Assembly (NCBI GenBank): GCA_900617105.1
Contig: UYFQ01000043.1
Location: 1 to 49,266 of the forward strand
DNA from: Hydrurus foetidus
Lineage: Eukaryota
Length of the DNA: 49,266 nt
Direction of reading: 5' to 3'
The position numbers and the translations under genes are program-made. The notes under the pieces were generated by a model, which was not told where the DNA came from, searched no databases, and saw only the letters and a program-made list of their open reading frames with translations. Below are positions 11,003 through 22,773 of the stretch, one piece after another (the first letter of the stretch is position 1; each line of letters opens with the position of its first letter).

Positions 11003-12277
11003 ATGGACAAACTCCTCATTCGCGGTGGCCGCACCCTGCACGGTGAAGTGCTGATTTCCGGCGCGAAAAACGCAACCTTGCCGGAGCTGTGCGCTGCATT
11101 GCTGACCTCTGATCCGGTGACGTTGACCAACGTGCCGCGCCTGAAAGACGTGTCCACCATGCTGGCGCTGCTGCGCAACATGGGTGTCACGGTGGATCAG
11201 GGCGAAAGCACCCGCGTTGACATCAACGCGTCCACCCTCACCACTCCCGAAGCGCCCTACGATTTGGTCAAAACCATGCGCGCCTCGGTGTTGGCGCTGG
11301 GGCCGCTGCTGGCCCGTTTTGGCCGTGCCACCGTGTCGCTGCCCGGCGGTTGCGCCATCGGTTCGCGCCCTGTCGATCAGCACATCAAGGGCTTGCAAGC
11401 GATGGGTGCGTTGATCGCCGTCGAGCATGGCTACATGCTGGCCACCTTGCCCCCCGGCACCAAGCGCCTCAAGGGCGCACACATCACCACCGACATGGTG
11501 ACGGTGACAGGCACCGAAAACTTGCTGATGGCCGCCACCCTGGCAACCGGCGAAACCGTGCTGGAAAACGCCGCCCAAGAGCCTGAGATCGTCGATTTGG
11601 CCGAAATGCTCATCAGCATGGGTGCCAAGATCGAAGGCCACGGCACACACCGCATCCGCATCCAAGGCGTAGACCGCCTGCACGGCTGCACCCACCAGGT
11701 GGTGGCTGACCGCATCGAAACGGGCACCTTCTTGTGTGCTGTTGCAGCCACTGGCGGCGAAGTCCTGCTGCGCCATGGCCGCGCGGATCACCTTGATGCC
11801 GTCATCAACAAATTGCGCGATGCTGGTGTCACCGTGACCACTGAAGAAGCGGGGCTGCGCGTGGCTTCGCCCGGTGGCCCACAGCTCACCGCCCAGTCGT
11901 TCCGCACCACCGAATACCCCGGTTTCCCCACCGACATGCAAGCTCAGTTCATGGCGCTCAACTGCGTGGCGCAGGGGGCGAGCAAAGTCACTGAGACGAT
12001 TTTTGAGAACCGTTTCATGCACGTCAACGAGTTGGTACGCCTGGGTGCGCCGATTCAAATCGACGGCAAAATCGCCATCACCAGCGGCCCCACCAAGCTG
12101 TCCGGGGCCATTGTCATGGCGACGGATTTGCGGGCTTCTGCCAGTCTGGTGATTGCCGGTCTGGTGGCCGAGGGCGAAACCACCGTTGACCGCATTTACC
12201 ACCTTGACCGAGGCTACGACCAAATGGAAGCCAAGCTGCGCGGCATCGGTGCCGACATTGAACGGGTGAAAGCATGA
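11003..12277 (+). CDS. murA: UDP-N-acetylglucosamine 1-carboxyvinyltransferase
   Basis: [29 protein letters not shown] with catalytic Cys, PGFPTDMQ. Confidence 0.98.
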   Translation: MDKLLIRGGRTLHGEVLISGAKNATLPELCAALLTSDPVTLTNVPRLKDVSTMLALLRNMGVTVDQGESTRVDINASTLTTPEAPYDLVKTMRASVLALGPLLARFGRATVSLPGGCAIGSRPVDQHIKGLQAMGALIAVEHGYMLATLPPGTKRLKGAHITTDMVTVTGTENLLMAATLATGETVLENAAQEPEIVDLAEMLISMGAKIEGHGTHRIRIQGVDRLHGCTHQVVADRIETGTFLCAVAATGGEVLLRHGRADHLDAVINKLRDAGVTVTTEEAGLRVASPGGPQLTAQSFRTTEYPGFPTDMQAQFMALNCVAQGASKVTETIFENRFMHVNELVRLGAPIQIDGKIAITSGPTKLSGAIVMATDLRASASLVIAGLVAEGETTVDRIYHLDRGYDQMEAKLRGIGADIERVKA

Positions 12278-12927
12278 GCACCAACATGATTACCTTGGCC
12301 CTCTCCAAAGGCCGCATCTTCGACGAAACCCTGCCGCTGCTCAAAGCCGCTGGCATCGAGGTACTCGACGACCCCGAAACCACCCGCAAACTGATGCTCG
12401 CCACCAACCGCCCCAACGTGCGCGTGGTGCTGGTGCGTGCCAGCGACGTGCCCACCTACGTGGAATACGGCGGCGCAGACCTCGGTGTGGTCGGCAAAGA
12501 CACCTTGATCGAACACGGCGGCCAGGGCTTGTACCAACCGCTGGACCTCAACATCGCCAAATGCCGCGTCAGCGTCGCCGTGCGTGACGATTTCGACTAC
12601 GCCACGGCCGTGCGCTCCGGCTCACGCCTGCGCGTCGCCACCAAATACACCGCCATCGCCCGCACGTTCTTCGCCGAAAAAGGCGTTCACGTCGATATGG
12701 TCAAGCTCTACGGCAGCATGGAACTCGCCCCACTGACAGGCTTGGCCGATGCCATTGTCGATATGGTCTCCACCGGCAACACCCTCAAAGCCAACCACTT
12801 GGTCGAAGTCGAGCGCATCATGGACATCAGCGCCCGCTTGGTGGTGAACCAAGCCTCGCTGAAACTGAAAGGGGCCATGCTGCGGCCTATGCTGGAGGCG
12901 TTTGCAGGGGCTGTTAGGAAAGATTAA
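12274..12927 (+). CDS. hisG: ATP phosphoribosyltransferase, short form
   Basis: [26 protein letters not shown]; ~217 aa, lacks the C-terminal regulatory domain. Confidence 0.97.
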   Translation: MSTNMITLALSKGRIFDETLPLLKAAGIEVLDDPETTRKLMLATNRPNVRVVLVRASDVPTYVEYGGADLGVVGKDTLIEHGGQGLYQPLDLNIAKCRVSVAVRDDFDYATAVRSGSRLRVATKYTAIARTFFAEKGVHVDMVKLYGSMELAPLTGLADAIVDMVSTGNTLKANHLVEVERIMDISARLVVNQASLKLKGAMLRPMLEAFAGAVRKD

Positions 12928-14252
12928 TGACTATGAATTTAATAGCTACTCCTGCACGTCTATCAAGCGCTAGTGCCACATTTGAGGTTGATTTTCAAGC
13001 CAAACTGCACGTCTCCGCCGAATCCAACACTACCATCGTGTCCCAGGTCGCCGACATCCTCGCCGATGTGCGCCAGCGCGGCGATGCCGCCGTCTTGGAC
13101 TACACCGCCCGTTGGGACAAACTGCAAGCAGACAGCATGACCACGCTGGAGTTGACACAAGTCGAGCTGAAGCAAGCCTTCGACAATCTCCTCACCGCCC
13201 AGCGCGAAGCCCTGCAAGCTGCCGCTGACCGCGTGCGCAGCTACCACCAAGCGCAGTTGCAAGCCAACGGCCAAAGCTGGAGCTACCGCGATGCAGACGG
13301 CACCTTGCTCGGTCAAAAAGTCACCCCCATCGACCGCGCAGGCATCTACGTGCCCGGCGGCAAAGCGGCTTACCCTAGCAGTGTGCTGATGAACGCCATC
13401 CCCGCGCATGTCGCCGGTGTCTCTGAAATCATTATGGTGGTGCCCACCCCCAACGGCGAGAAAAACCCGCTGGTGCTGGCAGCCGCCTACTTGGGCGGTG
13501 TCACCCGCGCCTTCACCATCGGCGGCGCACAAGCAGTGGCCGCGATGGCCTTCGGTACGGTCACCATTCCCCGCGTGGACAAAATCACCGGCCCTGGCAA
13601 TGCCTACGTGGCCGAAGCCAAGCGCCAAGTCTTCGGCATCGTCGGCATCGACATGATCGCTGGCCCCAGTGAAATTTTGGTTTTGGCCGACGGCACCACA
13701 CCGCCCGATTGGGTCGCGATGGATTTGTTCAGCCAAGCCGAGCACGACGAACTCGCCCAAAGCATCCTGCTGTGCCCCGATGCCGCGTATATCGACGCTG
13801 TGCAAGCCGCCATCAACCGCCTGCTGCCCGAAATGCCCCGCGCCGCCATCATCGCCAAATCCCTGAACGATCGGGGTGCGCTGATCCACACCCGCAGCAT
13901 GGAAGAAGCCTGCGCCATCAGCAACCGCATCGCCCCCGAACACTTGGAAGTCTCCAGTCGCGACCCGCACCGCTGGGAGCCGTTGCTCAAGCACGCAGGG
14001 GCGATCTTTTTGGGCGCGTACACGAGTGAGTCTTTGGGCGACTACTGCGCAGGCCCGAACCATGTGCTGCCCACCAGCGGCACAGCACGCTTCAGCTCAC
14101 CGCTGGGGGTGTACGACTTTCAGAAGCGCAGCAGCTTGATTGAGGTGAGTGAGGCGGGTGCGCAGTCGCTGGGGAAGATTGCGGCGGTGCTGGCTTATGG
14201 GGAGGGCTTGCAGGCGCATGCGCGGGCGGCGGAGATGCGGTTGATCCCGTAG
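12927..14252 (+). CDS. hisD: Histidinol dehydrogenase
   Basis: [50 protein letters not shown]. Confidence 0.98.
   Translation: MTMNLIATPARLSSASATFEVDFQAKLHVSAESNTTIVSQVADILADVRQRGDAAVLDYTARWDKLQADSMTTLELTQVELKQAFDNLLTAQREALQAAADRVRSYHQAQLQANGQSWSYRDADGTLLGQKVTPIDRAGIYVPGGKAAYPSSVLMNAIPAHVAGVSEIIMVVPTPNGEKNPLVLAAAYLGGVTRAFTIGGAQAVAAMAFGTVTIPRVDKITGPGNAYVAEAKRQVFGIVGIDMIAGPSEILVLADGTTPPDWVAMDLFSQAEHDELAQSILLCPDAAYIDAVQAAINRLLPEMPRAAIIAKSLNDRGALIHTRSMEEACAISNRIAPEHLEVSSRDPHRWEPLLKHAGAIFLGAYTSESLGDYCAGPNHVLPTSGTARFSSPLGVYDFQKRSSLIEVSEAGAQSLGKIAAVLAYGEGLQAHARAAEMRLIP
12930..12985 (+). repeat. Bipartite palindromic motif copy inside the hisD 5' end
   Basis: ACTAT-N7-ATAGC-N7-GCACG-N5-CAAGC-GCTAGTGCC. 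Confidence 0.75.
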
Positions 14253-14280
14253 ATTGGGTTAGCGATAAGCGCAACCCGAC
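14249..14280 (+). repeat. GTAG-type REP-like palindrome overlapping the hisD stop
   Basis: GTAG followed by imperfect stem TTGGGTTAGCG-ATAAG-CGCAACCCGA. Confidence 0.6.
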
Positions 14281-14358
14281 ATTTTTAATCCTGATGGGTG
14301 GATGCCAAGGGGCTGTGATTTTTAACAATGAAATTCATCGGTAGCCGCTAACTATCCG

Positions 14359-14667
14359 TTAGCTGTTTAGTAGCTTTTCGGAATCCATTCGCCCAATTTC
14401 GTAAGGAATTCTTGTCTTTGGGTCTGGATGAGAAAGAATTGGGATGCTTGCTCCGAAGTGTCCCTTCCCAGTTTCGACAATGCCGCCCGCAGCTTTAAAT
14501 TGTTGAAGCCCGTTTTGTAGTTTTTGAATTAATTCTTCCCGATATTTTTTGCGATCAGTAATGTTGTGCAACTGTTCGATGGCGCAATGCAAAGCATAGA
14601 TTTTTTTGGCCAGTTCAAAAAGAAGGCTTTTGTCGCATGGGGTAGGCTGAACAGTGTCTGTGGGCAT
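14359..14667 (-). CDS. Hypothetical protein (~102 aa), AT-rich, no recognised family
   Basis: Open frame with purine-rich sequence upstream of ATG 14667; codon usage unlike the flanking his genes. Confidence 0.55.
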   Translation of the reverse strand: MPTDTVQPTPCDKSLLFELAKKIYALHCAIEQLHNITDRKKYREELIQKLQNGLQQFKAAGGIVETGKGHFGASIPILSHPDPKTRIPYEIGRMDSEKLLNS

Positions 14668-14975
14668 GATGGTCTTTCTTGTGTGATGTAGGTAGCTGCC
14701 CAATCTGGGATTCCCAGTTTAGGTGGCGAAATAAATGGAACACCGTGTCAACTCAAGTTGACATTTCTGCGCCAAGCTAAGTTTGGTCTTCTCGTACAAG
14801 TTACACAATACTCCATCCACTGGCGCATCAAATTTGCTGTTTCAAGATCAAATCTTAAAACAGCAAATTTGGCTGATTTCTCCCCTCATATGCCCCCTCG
14901 CGGTGAGCCTGTTCAGGCAAGGGTTTACACTCGATTTTGCGCAGTGACCGCCATCCGGCTGCTACCATTGAAATC

Positions 14976-15155
14976 ATGACTGAGATCACCATTACTGTTG
15001 AGGATGCCGTCCTTGAATGGCTTCATTCGGAAGCGGCCAAGTCCAACCGCAGCGTGTCGCAATTTGTTGGTGACATGCTGACGGAAAAGATGGCGTTTGA
15101 CGCTCGATCTGCGCACGCCATGGAGATGCAAACAGCCTTGGCCGCATCGCCCTGA
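14976..15155 (+). CDS. Small CopG/ribbon-helix-helix protein (orphan antitoxin-like)
   Basis: MTEITITVEDAVLEWLHSEAAKSNRSVSQFVGDML fits the beta-strand/helix/turn/helix RHH pattern. Confidence 0.7.
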   Translation: MTEITITVEDAVLEWLHSEAAKSNRSVSQFVGDMLTEKMAFDARSAHAMEMQTALAASP

Positions 15156-15265
15156 ACCCGCAGTTATTGGGGTCAGAGTCCAAAAACTGCTGACAGCATC
15201 GCGGCTTCAAACCACATCACTTTGAATTCCACCGTTTGATTTACTGACTTTAGACTTATTCACCC

Positions 15266-16375
15266 ATGACCGCACCCTCTACCTCCCTCGCATCCCTCAT
15301 CCAAACCCGCATCCGCCAAGACATCCAGTCGATGCACGCTTACGCGGTGCAAGACGCGGCGGGCATGGTCAAGCTGGATGCGATGGAAAATCCGCATGCG
15401 CTGTCACCGGCTTTGCAGGCGGCGTTGGGGGCGCGTCTTGGGGCTGTGGCCATCAACCGCTACCCTGGCCCGCGTGTGGACGACCTCAAGCGTGCTTTGA
15501 TGGCCTATGCCGAGGTGCCCGAAGGTTTCGATCTGATGCTGGGCAATGGCTCGGACGAGTTGATTTCGCTGCTGGCGCTGGCCTGTGATGTGCCGGGGGC
15601 GTCCATCCTTGCGCCGTTGCCGGGTTTTGTGATGTACGCGATGAGCGCTACTTTGCAGGGCTTGACCTTCCACGGCGTAGACCTCACGCCTGATTTCGAG
15701 CTTGACCTGCCCGCCATGCTGACTGCTATCCGCCAGCACCAGCCCAGCATCGTTTATCTGGCCTATCCGAACAACCCCACTGCCAACCTGTGGGACGATG
15801 CAGCTATTGAAAGCATCGTAGAACTCCAAGGCCAGCAGGGCGGGTTGGTGGTTTTTGATGAGGCTTACCAGCCTTTTGCCAGCCGCAGCTACATCGCTCG
15901 CCTATCCCGCCACAGTCATGTGCTGCTTATGCGCACGCTGAGCAAATTCGGTCTGGCCGGTGTGCGCTTGGGCTATATGGTCGGCCCCAAGGCGCTGATT
16001 GCCGAGGTGGACAAGGTGCGTCCGCCGTACAACATCAGTGTGTTGAATGCGGAATGTGCGTTATTTGCTTTAGAGAATGCCAAGGTTTTTGCGGATCAAG
16101 CGCTTGATATACAAGCGCAGCGTGCTGTTCTTTTGGAAGCATTGACCGGGCTGGCTCGCCAAGTGGCGGGTGTTGCATTTTGGAAAAGCGATGCCAATAT
16201 GATTTTGGTGCGGGTGCCGAATGCGGCCAAAACTTTCGACGGCATGAAGGCGCGTGGCATTTTGATCAAGAACGTTTCTAAAATGCACCCTTTGCTCGCC
16301 AATTGTTTGCGCTTGACCGTAGGCACCGCAGCAGAAAATGCGCTCATGATGACCGCCCTTCAAGAATCTTTATAA
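15266..16375 (+). CDS. hisC: Histidinol-phosphate aminotransferase
   Basis: [40 protein letters not shown]-lysine motif. Confidence 0.97.
   Translation: MTAPSTSLASLIQTRIRQDIQSMHAYAVQDAAGMVKLDAMENPHALSPALQAALGARLGAVAINRYPGPRVDDLKRALMAYAEVPEGFDLMLGNGSDELISLLALACDVPGASILAPLPGFVMYAMSATLQGLTFHGVDLTPDFELDLPAMLTAIRQHQPSIVYLAYPNNPTANLWDDAAIESIVELQGQQGGLVVFDEAYQPFASRSYIARLSRHSHVLLMRTLSKFGLAGVRLGYMVGPKALIAEVDKVRPPYNISVLNAECALFALENAKVFADQALDIQAQRAVLLEALTGLARQVAGVAFWKSDANMILVRVPNAAKTFDGMKARGILIKNVSKMHPLLANCLRLTVGTAAENALMMTALQESL
16089..16140 (-). repeat. Bipartite palindromic motif copy inside hisC
   Basis: Reverse complement: GCTTC-N7-ACAGC-N7-GCTTG-TATAT-CAAGC. Confidence 0.75.
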
Positions 16376-16392
16376 AACTGCCCCACCTGCCC

Positions 16393-17019
16393 ATGAGCAT
16401 TTCCTCCATCAACCTCGTTTCCAGCCAACCCGATCGCATTGCCGAAGTCACTCGGCGCACGGCTGAAACCGTCATCACCGCCAAAATCAACCTGGACGGC
16501 ACGGGCAAGTCCACGTTGGCGACGGGCATCGGTTTTTTTGACCACATGCTGGACCAAATCGCTCGCCACGGCCTGATTGATTTGGACATCCATGCGGAAG
16601 GCGATTTGCACATCGATGGCCACCACACGGTGGAAGACGTGGGTATCACGCTGGGCCAAGCGATGGCCAAAGCCGTGGGCGACAAAAAAGGTCTGCGCCG
16701 CTACGGCCACGCCTATGTGCCGCTGGACGAGGCGCTGAGCCGCGTGGTGGTTGATTTCTCAGGCCGTCCCGGCTTGGTGATGAACATCCCCTTCACCAGC
16801 GGCATGATTGGCGCGTTTGACACGCAGTTAACGCATGAATTCTTTCAGGGCTTTGTCAACCACGCTGGCGTGAGTTTGCACATCGACAACCTGCGTGGCA
16901 CCAACGCCCACCACCAAGCTGAAACCGTGTTTAAAGCCTTCGCCCGTGCCCTGCGCATGGCGCTGGAGCTTGACCCGCGTGCGCTGGGCACCATCCCCTC
17001 GACAAAAGGCTCGCTGTGA
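16393..17019 (+). CDS. hisB: Imidazoleglycerol-phosphate dehydratase
   Basis: [26 protein letters not shown]. Confidence 0.98.
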   Translation: MSISSINLVSSQPDRIAEVTRRTAETVITAKINLDGTGKSTLATGIGFFDHMLDQIARHGLIDLDIHAEGDLHIDGHHTVEDVGITLGQAMAKAVGDKKGLRRYGHAYVPLDEALSRVVVDFSGRPGLVMNIPFTSGMIGAFDTQLTHEFFQGFVNHAGVSLHIDNLRGTNAHHQAETVFKAFARALRMALELDPRALGTIPSTKGSL

Positions 17020-17074
17020 ACGTTATTCGGATTCAAACAAGCCTTCTTAGCAAACTTGGTGTGCGAGGGCAGCT

Positions 17075-17740
17075 ATGAAAACAGTAGCGGTTGTGGATTA
17101 CGGCATGGGCAATTTGCGCTCGGTGTCGCAGGCGGTTTTGCATGTGGCGGCGCAGAGCGGCTACACGGTCATCGTCACCGCCCGTCCTGAAGACGTGCTG
17201 GCGGCAGAGCGCATCGTGCTGCCCGGCCAAGGTGGTATGCGCGACTGTATGCGTGAGCTGGTGGATTCCGGCTTGCAAGAGGCGGTGCTGGACGCGGCAC
17301 GCAACAAGCCGCTGATGGGTGTGTGCGTGGGGATGCAAATGCTGCTTGACCACAGCGAAGAGCAGGACACGCCCGGCCTGGGTTTGATTCCTGGCGTGGT
17401 CAAACGCTTTCAGCTAGCAGGCCAAATCCAACCCGACGGCAGCCGCTACAAGGTGCCACAAATGGGCTGGAACCAGGTCTACCAAGCGGATACCGCGTTG
17501 CATGGCGTGGTACGTCACCCGGTTTGGGCGGGCGTGCCGGACGGCAGTTACTTCTACTTCGTCCACAGTTTCTACGCCCAACCGTCAGATATGCGCCACA
17601 GCGTGGGCGAGGCGGACTACGGCCAGCGCTTTACAGCCGCCGTCGCACGCGATAACATTTTTGCCACCCAGTTCCACCCCGAAAAAAGCGCGGAACACGG
17701 GCTGGCTTTGTACAAAAACTTTCTCCACTGGAACCCTTAA
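17075..17740 (+). CDS. hisH: Imidazole glycerol phosphate synthase glutaminase subunit
   Basis: [24 protein letters not shown]. Confidence 0.98.
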   Translation: MKTVAVVDYGMGNLRSVSQAVLHVAAQSGYTVIVTARPEDVLAAERIVLPGQGGMRDCMRELVDSGLQEAVLDAARNKPLMGVCVGMQMLLDHSEEQDTPGLGLIPGVVKRFQLAGQIQPDGSRYKVPQMGWNQVYQADTALHGVVRHPVWAGVPDGSYFYFVHSFYAQPSDMRHSVGEADYGQRFTAAVARDNIFATQFHPEKSAEHGLALYKNFLHWNP

Positions 17741-17810
17741 ACGCACCGCGTTTTTATCCCCCAGTTTCTCCTGCACCTTTTCCTCAACCTCTTCCGTTAT
17801 TGACGGCACC

Positions 17811-18551
17811 ATGATTCTCATTCCCGCGATTGACTTAAAAGACGGCCACTGCGTTCGATTGAAGCAGGGCGATATGGCCCAGTCCACCACCTTTGGCGAA
17901 GACCCTGCCGCGATGGCCCTCAAATGGGTGGCAGCCGGCGCACGCCGCTTGCATTTGGTGGATTTGAACGGTGCTTTTGCGGGCAAACCGCAAAACTTTG
18001 CCGCCATCAAGTCGATTCTGAAAGCCGTGGGCAACGATATCCCCGTGCAATTGGGCGGCGGTATCCGTGACCTGGACACCATCGAAAAGTACATCGACGG
18101 TGGCCTGCGCTACGTCATCATCGGCACCGCAGCGGTCAAAAATCCTGGTTTTTTGAAAGATGCATGCACCGCCTTTGGCGGCCACATCATCGTCGGCCTC
18201 GATGCCAAAGACGGCAAAGTCGCCACAGACGGCTGGAGCAAGCTTACCGGCCATGAAGTCGTTGATTTGGCTAAGAAGTTTGAAGACTGGGGCGTGGAAT
18301 CCATCATCTACACCGACATTGGCCGCGACGGCATGCTGTCAGGCATCAACATCGACGCCACCGTCAAACTCGCCCAGGCGCTGACCATACCCGTGATTGC
18401 GTCGGGCGGCTTAGGCAGCATGTTGGACATTGAGCAGCTCTGCGCTGTGGAATCCGAAGGCGTTGAAGGCGTGATTTGTGGCCGCGCAATTTACTCTGGC
18501 GATCTTGATTTTGCAGCGGCACAGGCGCGGGCTGACGAGTTGGCCGAGTGA
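17811..18551 (+). CDS. hisA: ProFAR isomerase
   Basis: [34 protein letters not shown]. Confidence 0.98.
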   Translation: MILIPAIDLKDGHCVRLKQGDMAQSTTFGEDPAAMALKWVAAGARRLHLVDLNGAFAGKPQNFAAIKSILKAVGNDIPVQLGGGIRDLDTIEKYIDGGLRYVIIGTAAVKNPGFLKDACTAFGGHIIVGLDAKDGKVATDGWSKLTGHEVVDLAKKFEDWGVESIIYTDIGRDGMLSGINIDATVKLAQALTIPVIASGGLGSMLDIEQLCAVESEGVEGVICGRAIYSGDLDFAAAQARADELAE

Positions 18552-19411
18552 ATGAAATCAGCTTAAGCCTGCCCGCTGGCGACCATGTACGCATCGCCCT
18601 GCACGGTGCCCATGTGCTGTCATGGCAGACTGCTGGCGGCCAAGATAGGCTCTACCTCAGCCCTCAAGCGGTGTTGGACGGCAAAAGCCCCATTCGCGGC
18701 GGTGTCCCCGTGTGTTTTCCGCAGTTCAATAACCGTGTTTTAGGTGATATGGCAGGTGGTGTGCCCCTGCCAAAGCATGGCTTTGCACGGACTTTGCCGT
18801 GGCAAGCGACAAGCCAAACGGCGACTGCTACCGAGGCCGTTGCCACCCTGACGCTGCAAGACAATCCGCAAACCCGTGCCTTTTGGCCCTGCGCCTTCAC
18901 CGCGCAATTGCAAGTGCGTTTGACCTCGGGGCAACTGAACCTTGAGTTTTCGGTGCGTAACACCGACACCGTGGCGTGGCCCTTTGCACTGGCTATGCAC
19001 ACCTATTTGCAGGTGAACGACATTGCCGAGGTGGCTTTGCACGGTCTTCAAGGGCAAAGCTATTGGGATGCCGTGCAGCATCTGCAAGACATGACCGTGC
19101 GCCAGCCGCAAGCCCAGGTGGCGCTGACGTTCCCTGGTGAAACAGACCGTGTGTACGCTGCTGTTACCTCCCCTGTTACAGCCGGGTTGACCTTGCGCGA
19201 CAAAACTCAGGTCTTGCACATCAGCCAAAGTGCCAACTTCACCGAAACCGTGGTTTGGAACCCTGGCCCTGAGCTGTGTGCCGCACTCTCTGATATGCCT
19301 GATGACGGCTACCGCCACATGCTGTGCGTGGAAGCTGCGCGGATTGACACGCCCGTTATGCTGCATCCTGGCGAGTCGTGGACGGGTTGGCAGCGGCTGG
19401 CCGTGGTGTGA
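18548..19411 (+). CDS. D-hexose-6-phosphate mutarotase / aldose-1-epimerase family (YeaD-like)
   Basis: [38 protein letters not shown]. Confidence 0.92.
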   Translation: MNEISLSLPAGDHVRIALHGAHVLSWQTAGGQDRLYLSPQAVLDGKSPIRGGVPVCFPQFNNRVLGDMAGGVPLPKHGFARTLPWQATSQTATATEAVATLTLQDNPQTRAFWPCAFTAQLQVRLTSGQLNLEFSVRNTDTVAWPFALAMHTYLQVNDIAEVALHGLQGQSYWDAVQHLQDMTVRQPQAQVALTFPGETDRVYAAVTSPVTAGLTLRDKTQVLHISQSANFTETVVWNPGPELCAALSDMPDDGYRHMLCVEAARIDTPVMLHPGESWTGWQRLAVV

Positions 19412-19487
19412 GCCCCGAGCCACCAGCGCCTCCTTCTTGCGTTTTCCTATTGCCTTCTGTTGTTTTCTCTCTTGAGGTTTTCTTGCC

Positions 19488-20267
19488 ATGCTAGCCAAAC
19501 GCATCATCCCCTGCCTGGACGTGACCGGTGGTCGTGTCGTCAAAGGCATCAATTTTGTCGAGCTGCGCGATGCCGGAGACCCGGTGGAGATCGCGGCCCG
19601 CTACAACTTGCAAGGTGCTGACGAGCTGACTTTTCTCGACATCACTGCCACCAGCGATGGCCGTGATTTGATTTTGCCCATCATCGAAGCTGTGGCTTCC
19701 CAGGTGTTCATTCCGTTGACGGTGGGCGGCGGTGTGCGCACCGTGGCCGATGTGCGGCGCTTGCTCAATGCGGGGGCGGACAAAGTCAGCTTCAACTCTG
19801 CGGCCATCACCAACCCCCAGGTGATTGAAGAGGCTTCGCAAAAATACGGTGCCCAAGCCATCGTTGTCGCCATCGACGCCAAACGCCGCAGCCCTGAAGA
19901 CGAGGCTGTGCGTGGCCCTGGCTGGGACGTGTACAGCCACGGTGGACGCAAAAACACCGGCCTGGATGTGGTCACCTGGGCTACTGAGATGGCACGGCGT
20001 GGTGCAGGTGAAATTTTGCTCACCAGCATGAACCGTGACGGCACCAAATCTGGTTTTGATTTGGCCCTTACCCGCGCTGTGAGCGATGCTATCAGCGTGC
20101 CCGTGATCGCATCAGGTGGCGTGGGCAACCTTGATCACTTGGCCGATGGTGTGCAGCAGGGTGGTGCCGATGCGGTGCTGGCGGCCAGCATCTTTCACTA
20201 TGGCGAGTACACCGTAGGCCAAGCCAAAGCACGCATGGCTGAGCGCGGCATTCCGGTGCGGCTTTGA
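19488..20267 (+). CDS. hisF: Imidazole glycerol phosphate synthase cyclase subunit
   Basis: [29 protein letters not shown]. Confidence 0.98.
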   Translation: MLAKRIIPCLDVTGGRVVKGINFVELRDAGDPVEIAARYNLQGADELTFLDITATSDGRDLILPIIEAVASQVFIPLTVGGGVRTVADVRRLLNAGADKVSFNSAAITNPQVIEEASQKYGAQAIVVAIDAKRRSPEDEAVRGPGWDVYSHGGRKNTGLDVVTWATEMARRGAGEILLTSMNRDGTKSGFDLALTRAVSDAISVPVIASGGVGNLDHLADGVQQGGADAVLAASIFHYGEYTVGQAKARMAERGIPVRL

Positions 20268-20305
20268 TGGCCTGTACTGACGGCCAAATCACCGACAATC
20301 CCCGC

Positions 20306-20707
20306 ATGAACTGGTTAAACGATGTGAAATGGGACGCACAAGGCTTGGTGCCTGTGATTGCGCAAGAGCAGAGCAGCGGCGATGTGCTGATGTTCGCCTG
20401 GATGAACCGCGAAGCGCTGCAAAAGACCGCTGAGCTGGGCCGTGCGGTGTATTTCAGCCGTTCGCGCAACCGGCTGTGGTTCAAAGGCGAAGAATCTGGC
20501 CATGTGCAAACCGTGCATGACATGCGCATGGACTGCGACAACGATGTGGTCTTGCTCAAAGTTACGCAAACCGGACACGAGCCGGGCATTGCGTGCCACA
20601 CCGGCCGTCACAGCTGCTTTTTTCAGAAATATGAACCTGATGAACAAGGTGGTGCATGGAAATCGGTTGAACCGGTCTTGAAAGACCCCGAGTCCATCTA
20701 CAAATAA
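20306..20707 (+). CDS. hisI: Phosphoribosyl-AMP cyclohydrolase
   Basis: [30 protein letters not shown]. Confidence 0.97.
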   Translation: MNWLNDVKWDAQGLVPVIAQEQSSGDVLMFAWMNREALQKTAELGRAVYFSRSRNRLWFKGEESGHVQTVHDMRMDCDNDVVLLKVTQTGHEPGIACHTGRHSCFFQKYEPDEQGGAWKSVEPVLKDPESIYK

Positions 20708-20712
20708 GCTTT

Positions 20713-21105
20713 ATGACCTCTAACGATTCCCTGGCCCGCCTGAGCGCGGTGATTGAAAGCCGCAAAGTCGCCAACGGTGGTGACCCGACCAGCAGCTACG
20801 TCGCCCGCCTGCTGCACAAAGGCCCCGATGCTTTTCTGAAAAAAGTGGGCGAAGAAGCCACCGAAGTGGTGATGGCCGCCAAAGACGCTGACCACGGTGG
20901 TGACGCTCAAAAAATTGTCAACGAAGTGGCCGATTTGTGGTTTCACACGCTCATCACCTTGGCCCACTACAACCTCACGCCCGCCCAAGTGATTGCCGAG
21001 TTGGAGCGTCGTGAAGGCACCAGCGGCATCGAAGAAAAAGCGCTGCGTAAGGTGCTGGCACGTGAGCAGCTGGAAGCAACGTCTAACGCAGGAGTCTCCG
21101 CATGA
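20713..21105 (+). CDS. hisE: Phosphoribosyl-ATP diphosphatase
   Basis: [23 protein letters not shown]. Confidence 0.97.
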   Translation: MTSNDSLARLSAVIESRKVANGGDPTSSYVARLLHKGPDAFLKKVGEEATEVVMAAKDADHGGDAQKIVNEVADLWFHTLITLAHYNLTPAQVIAELERREGTSGIEEKALRKVLAREQLEATSNAGVSA

Positions 21106-21497
21106 ACGATGTCATCGATGTCCAAGCAGTCAACCGCGACAAAGCGCAAAGCCTGAAGACCATCGGTTGGATCAGCTACTTTTTACACCTGTTGGTGGCG
21201 GTTGCCGCTGTGTTGCCTGGTGCTCAAATGGGTGCTGGTCTGCTGGTGGTTGCGCTGGTGATTGATCTGGTCAAAAAAAGCGAAGCCCAAGGCACATGGC
21301 AGGCCAGTCATTTTTCTTGGCGCATCCGCTCCGTCATTTGGGCGGGTTTGCTGTATGTGGTGACGGCCCCGTTGTGGCTGCTGTTTTTTGCGCCCGGCTG
21401 GATCGCCTGGGGCATTATTTCGATCTGGTTCTTGTACCGGATCGTCAAAGGCATGGTGGCCATGAACGCCAGTGAGCCGGTAGGAGACGCAGCATGA
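21102..21497 (+). CDS. Small integral membrane protein (DUF4870-like)
   Basis: Three hydrophobic helices, [18 protein letters not shown]; usual gene between hisE and HIT. Confidence 0.8.
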   Translation: MNDVIDVQAVNRDKAQSLKTIGWISYFLHLLVAVAAVLPGAQMGAGLLVVALVIDLVKKSEAQGTWQASHFSWRIRSVIWAGLLYVVTAPLWLLFFAPGWIAWGIISIWFLYRIVKGMVAMNASEPVGDAA

Positions 21498-21895
21498 GCA
21501 CGCAGTATTCCCCCGTTCAACCCCATGGGGCTGAACAACACACCGCAGAAAACTGTATTTTCTGCAAAATCATCGCGGGCAAAATACCTTCGCGCAAGGT
21601 CTTTGAGGACGACGATGTGTTTGCCTTTCACGACATCAATCCCTGGGCACCTGTCCACTTTTTGCTGATCCCCAAGCTGCACATCCCGTCGATGGCGCAC
21701 CTTGCCCCCGAGCACGAAGCGTTGATCGGCAAAATGATGGTGCTGGCGCCCAAGTTGGCGCTGCAAGAAGGCTGCAAGCCTTACCCCGACGGCGGCTACC
21801 GTATCGTCACCAATACGGGCGCTGAAGGTGGGCAAGAAGTCCACCATTTGCACTTCCATGTGATGGGTGGCCCGCGCCCTTGGTTGCGTGGCTGA
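21494..21895 (+). CDS. hinT: Histidine triad nucleotide-binding protein
   Basis: CIFCKI and HLHFH triad. Confidence 0.93.
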   Translation: MSTQYSPVQPHGAEQHTAENCIFCKIIAGKIPSRKVFEDDDVFAFHDINPWAPVHFLLIPKLHIPSMAHLAPEHEALIGKMMVLAPKLALQEGCKPYPDGGYRIVTNTGAEGGQEVHHLHFHVMGGPRPWLRG

Positions 21896-21962
21896 AACAG
21901 CAGTCGCGCAGTTTTTCTTCTGCGCACCTTAGAATCTCAAATTCCTCAGGAGTATTGTTTAT

Positions 21963-22208
21963 ATGGGTTCCTTTTCTATTTGGCACTGGTTGATCGTGCT
22001 GCTGATTGTCGTGATGGTGTTTGGCACCAAAAAGCTCAAGAACATGGGCTCTGATTTGGGTGGTGCCGTCAAAGGTTTTAAAGACGGTATGAAAGATGGC
22101 TCTGTGCCGGATGATGCCTCTGCCTCTGCCGCTGTGCCCGGTCAGGTTTCAAACGCTGCTGCTGTACAAAAAACCACCATTGACGTTGAAGCCAAGACCA
22201 AATCTTGA
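21963..22208 (+). CDS. tatA: Twin-arginine translocase subunit TatA
   Basis: SIWHWLIV...FGTKKL...GSDLG; AGGAG SD. Confidence 0.97.
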   Translation: MGSFSIWHWLIVLLIVVMVFGTKKLKNMGSDLGGAVKGFKDGMKDGSVPDDASASAAVPGQVSNAAAVQKTTIDVEAKTKS

Positions 22209-22247
22209 TGCCAAAAATCTTGACAAGTCTTCGCAATGGTCTAACCC

Positions 22248-22733
22248 ATGATTGACCTCGGCATCTCCAAGATGGCGTTGATCGGTGTCGTGGCTCTGAT
22301 CGTCATCGGCCCCGAAAAACTGCCCCGCGTCGCCCGCACTGTGGGTGCTTTGCTGGGCAAAGCGCAGCGCTACGTGGCCGATGTGAAGGCCGAAGTCAGC
22401 CGCTCGATGGAGCTGGACGAGCTCAAAAAAATGAAGGAAACCATGGAGGGGGCAGCACGCGACGTGCAAAACACCCTCCAGACCAGTGCCAGTGATTTTG
22501 AGAAGCAGTGGTCGGATGTCACTGGCAATGCCGCCGCGCTGACTTCTGCTCAAACAGATTCACTGGGCAGCGATGCCTATACTTTTTACCCCGAATACAA
22601 GCGCCCTCAAAAGCACTGGCGCGTCAAGACCGGTGTGATGCCGCAGTGGTACAAAGCCCGTGCGGGTGTACGTACCAAAGCCTTATCGGGGGCCGCCCGC
22701 GTCGCGCGCTACCGCCCTCAAAAAACTGTTTGA
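22248..22733 (+). CDS. tatB: Twin-arginine translocase subunit TatB
   Basis: VIGPEKLP motif between tatA and tatC. Confidence 0.96.
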   Translation: MIDLGISKMALIGVVALIVIGPEKLPRVARTVGALLGKAQRYVADVKAEVSRSMELDELKKMKETMEGAARDVQNTLQTSASDFEKQWSDVTGNAAALTSAQTDSLGSDAYTFYPEYKRPQKHWRVKTGVMPQWYKARAGVRTKALSGAARVARYRPQKTV

Positions 22734-22773
22734 CCAGAGTCTGTGGCGTGCAAGCGCTGCCTTTTTGCATCCC

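Noticed and set aside
10880..12223. Long antisense or alternative-frame ORFs (also 9532-10644, 12963-14063, 31169-32287, 41351-42823, 42884-44020, 44162-45256)
   Set aside because: Shadow ORFs of well-supported genes, expected from high-GC codon bias; no motifs
12274..12927. Short HisG as a truncated pseudogene
   Set aside because: The short form that partners HisZ is a normal, well-known type
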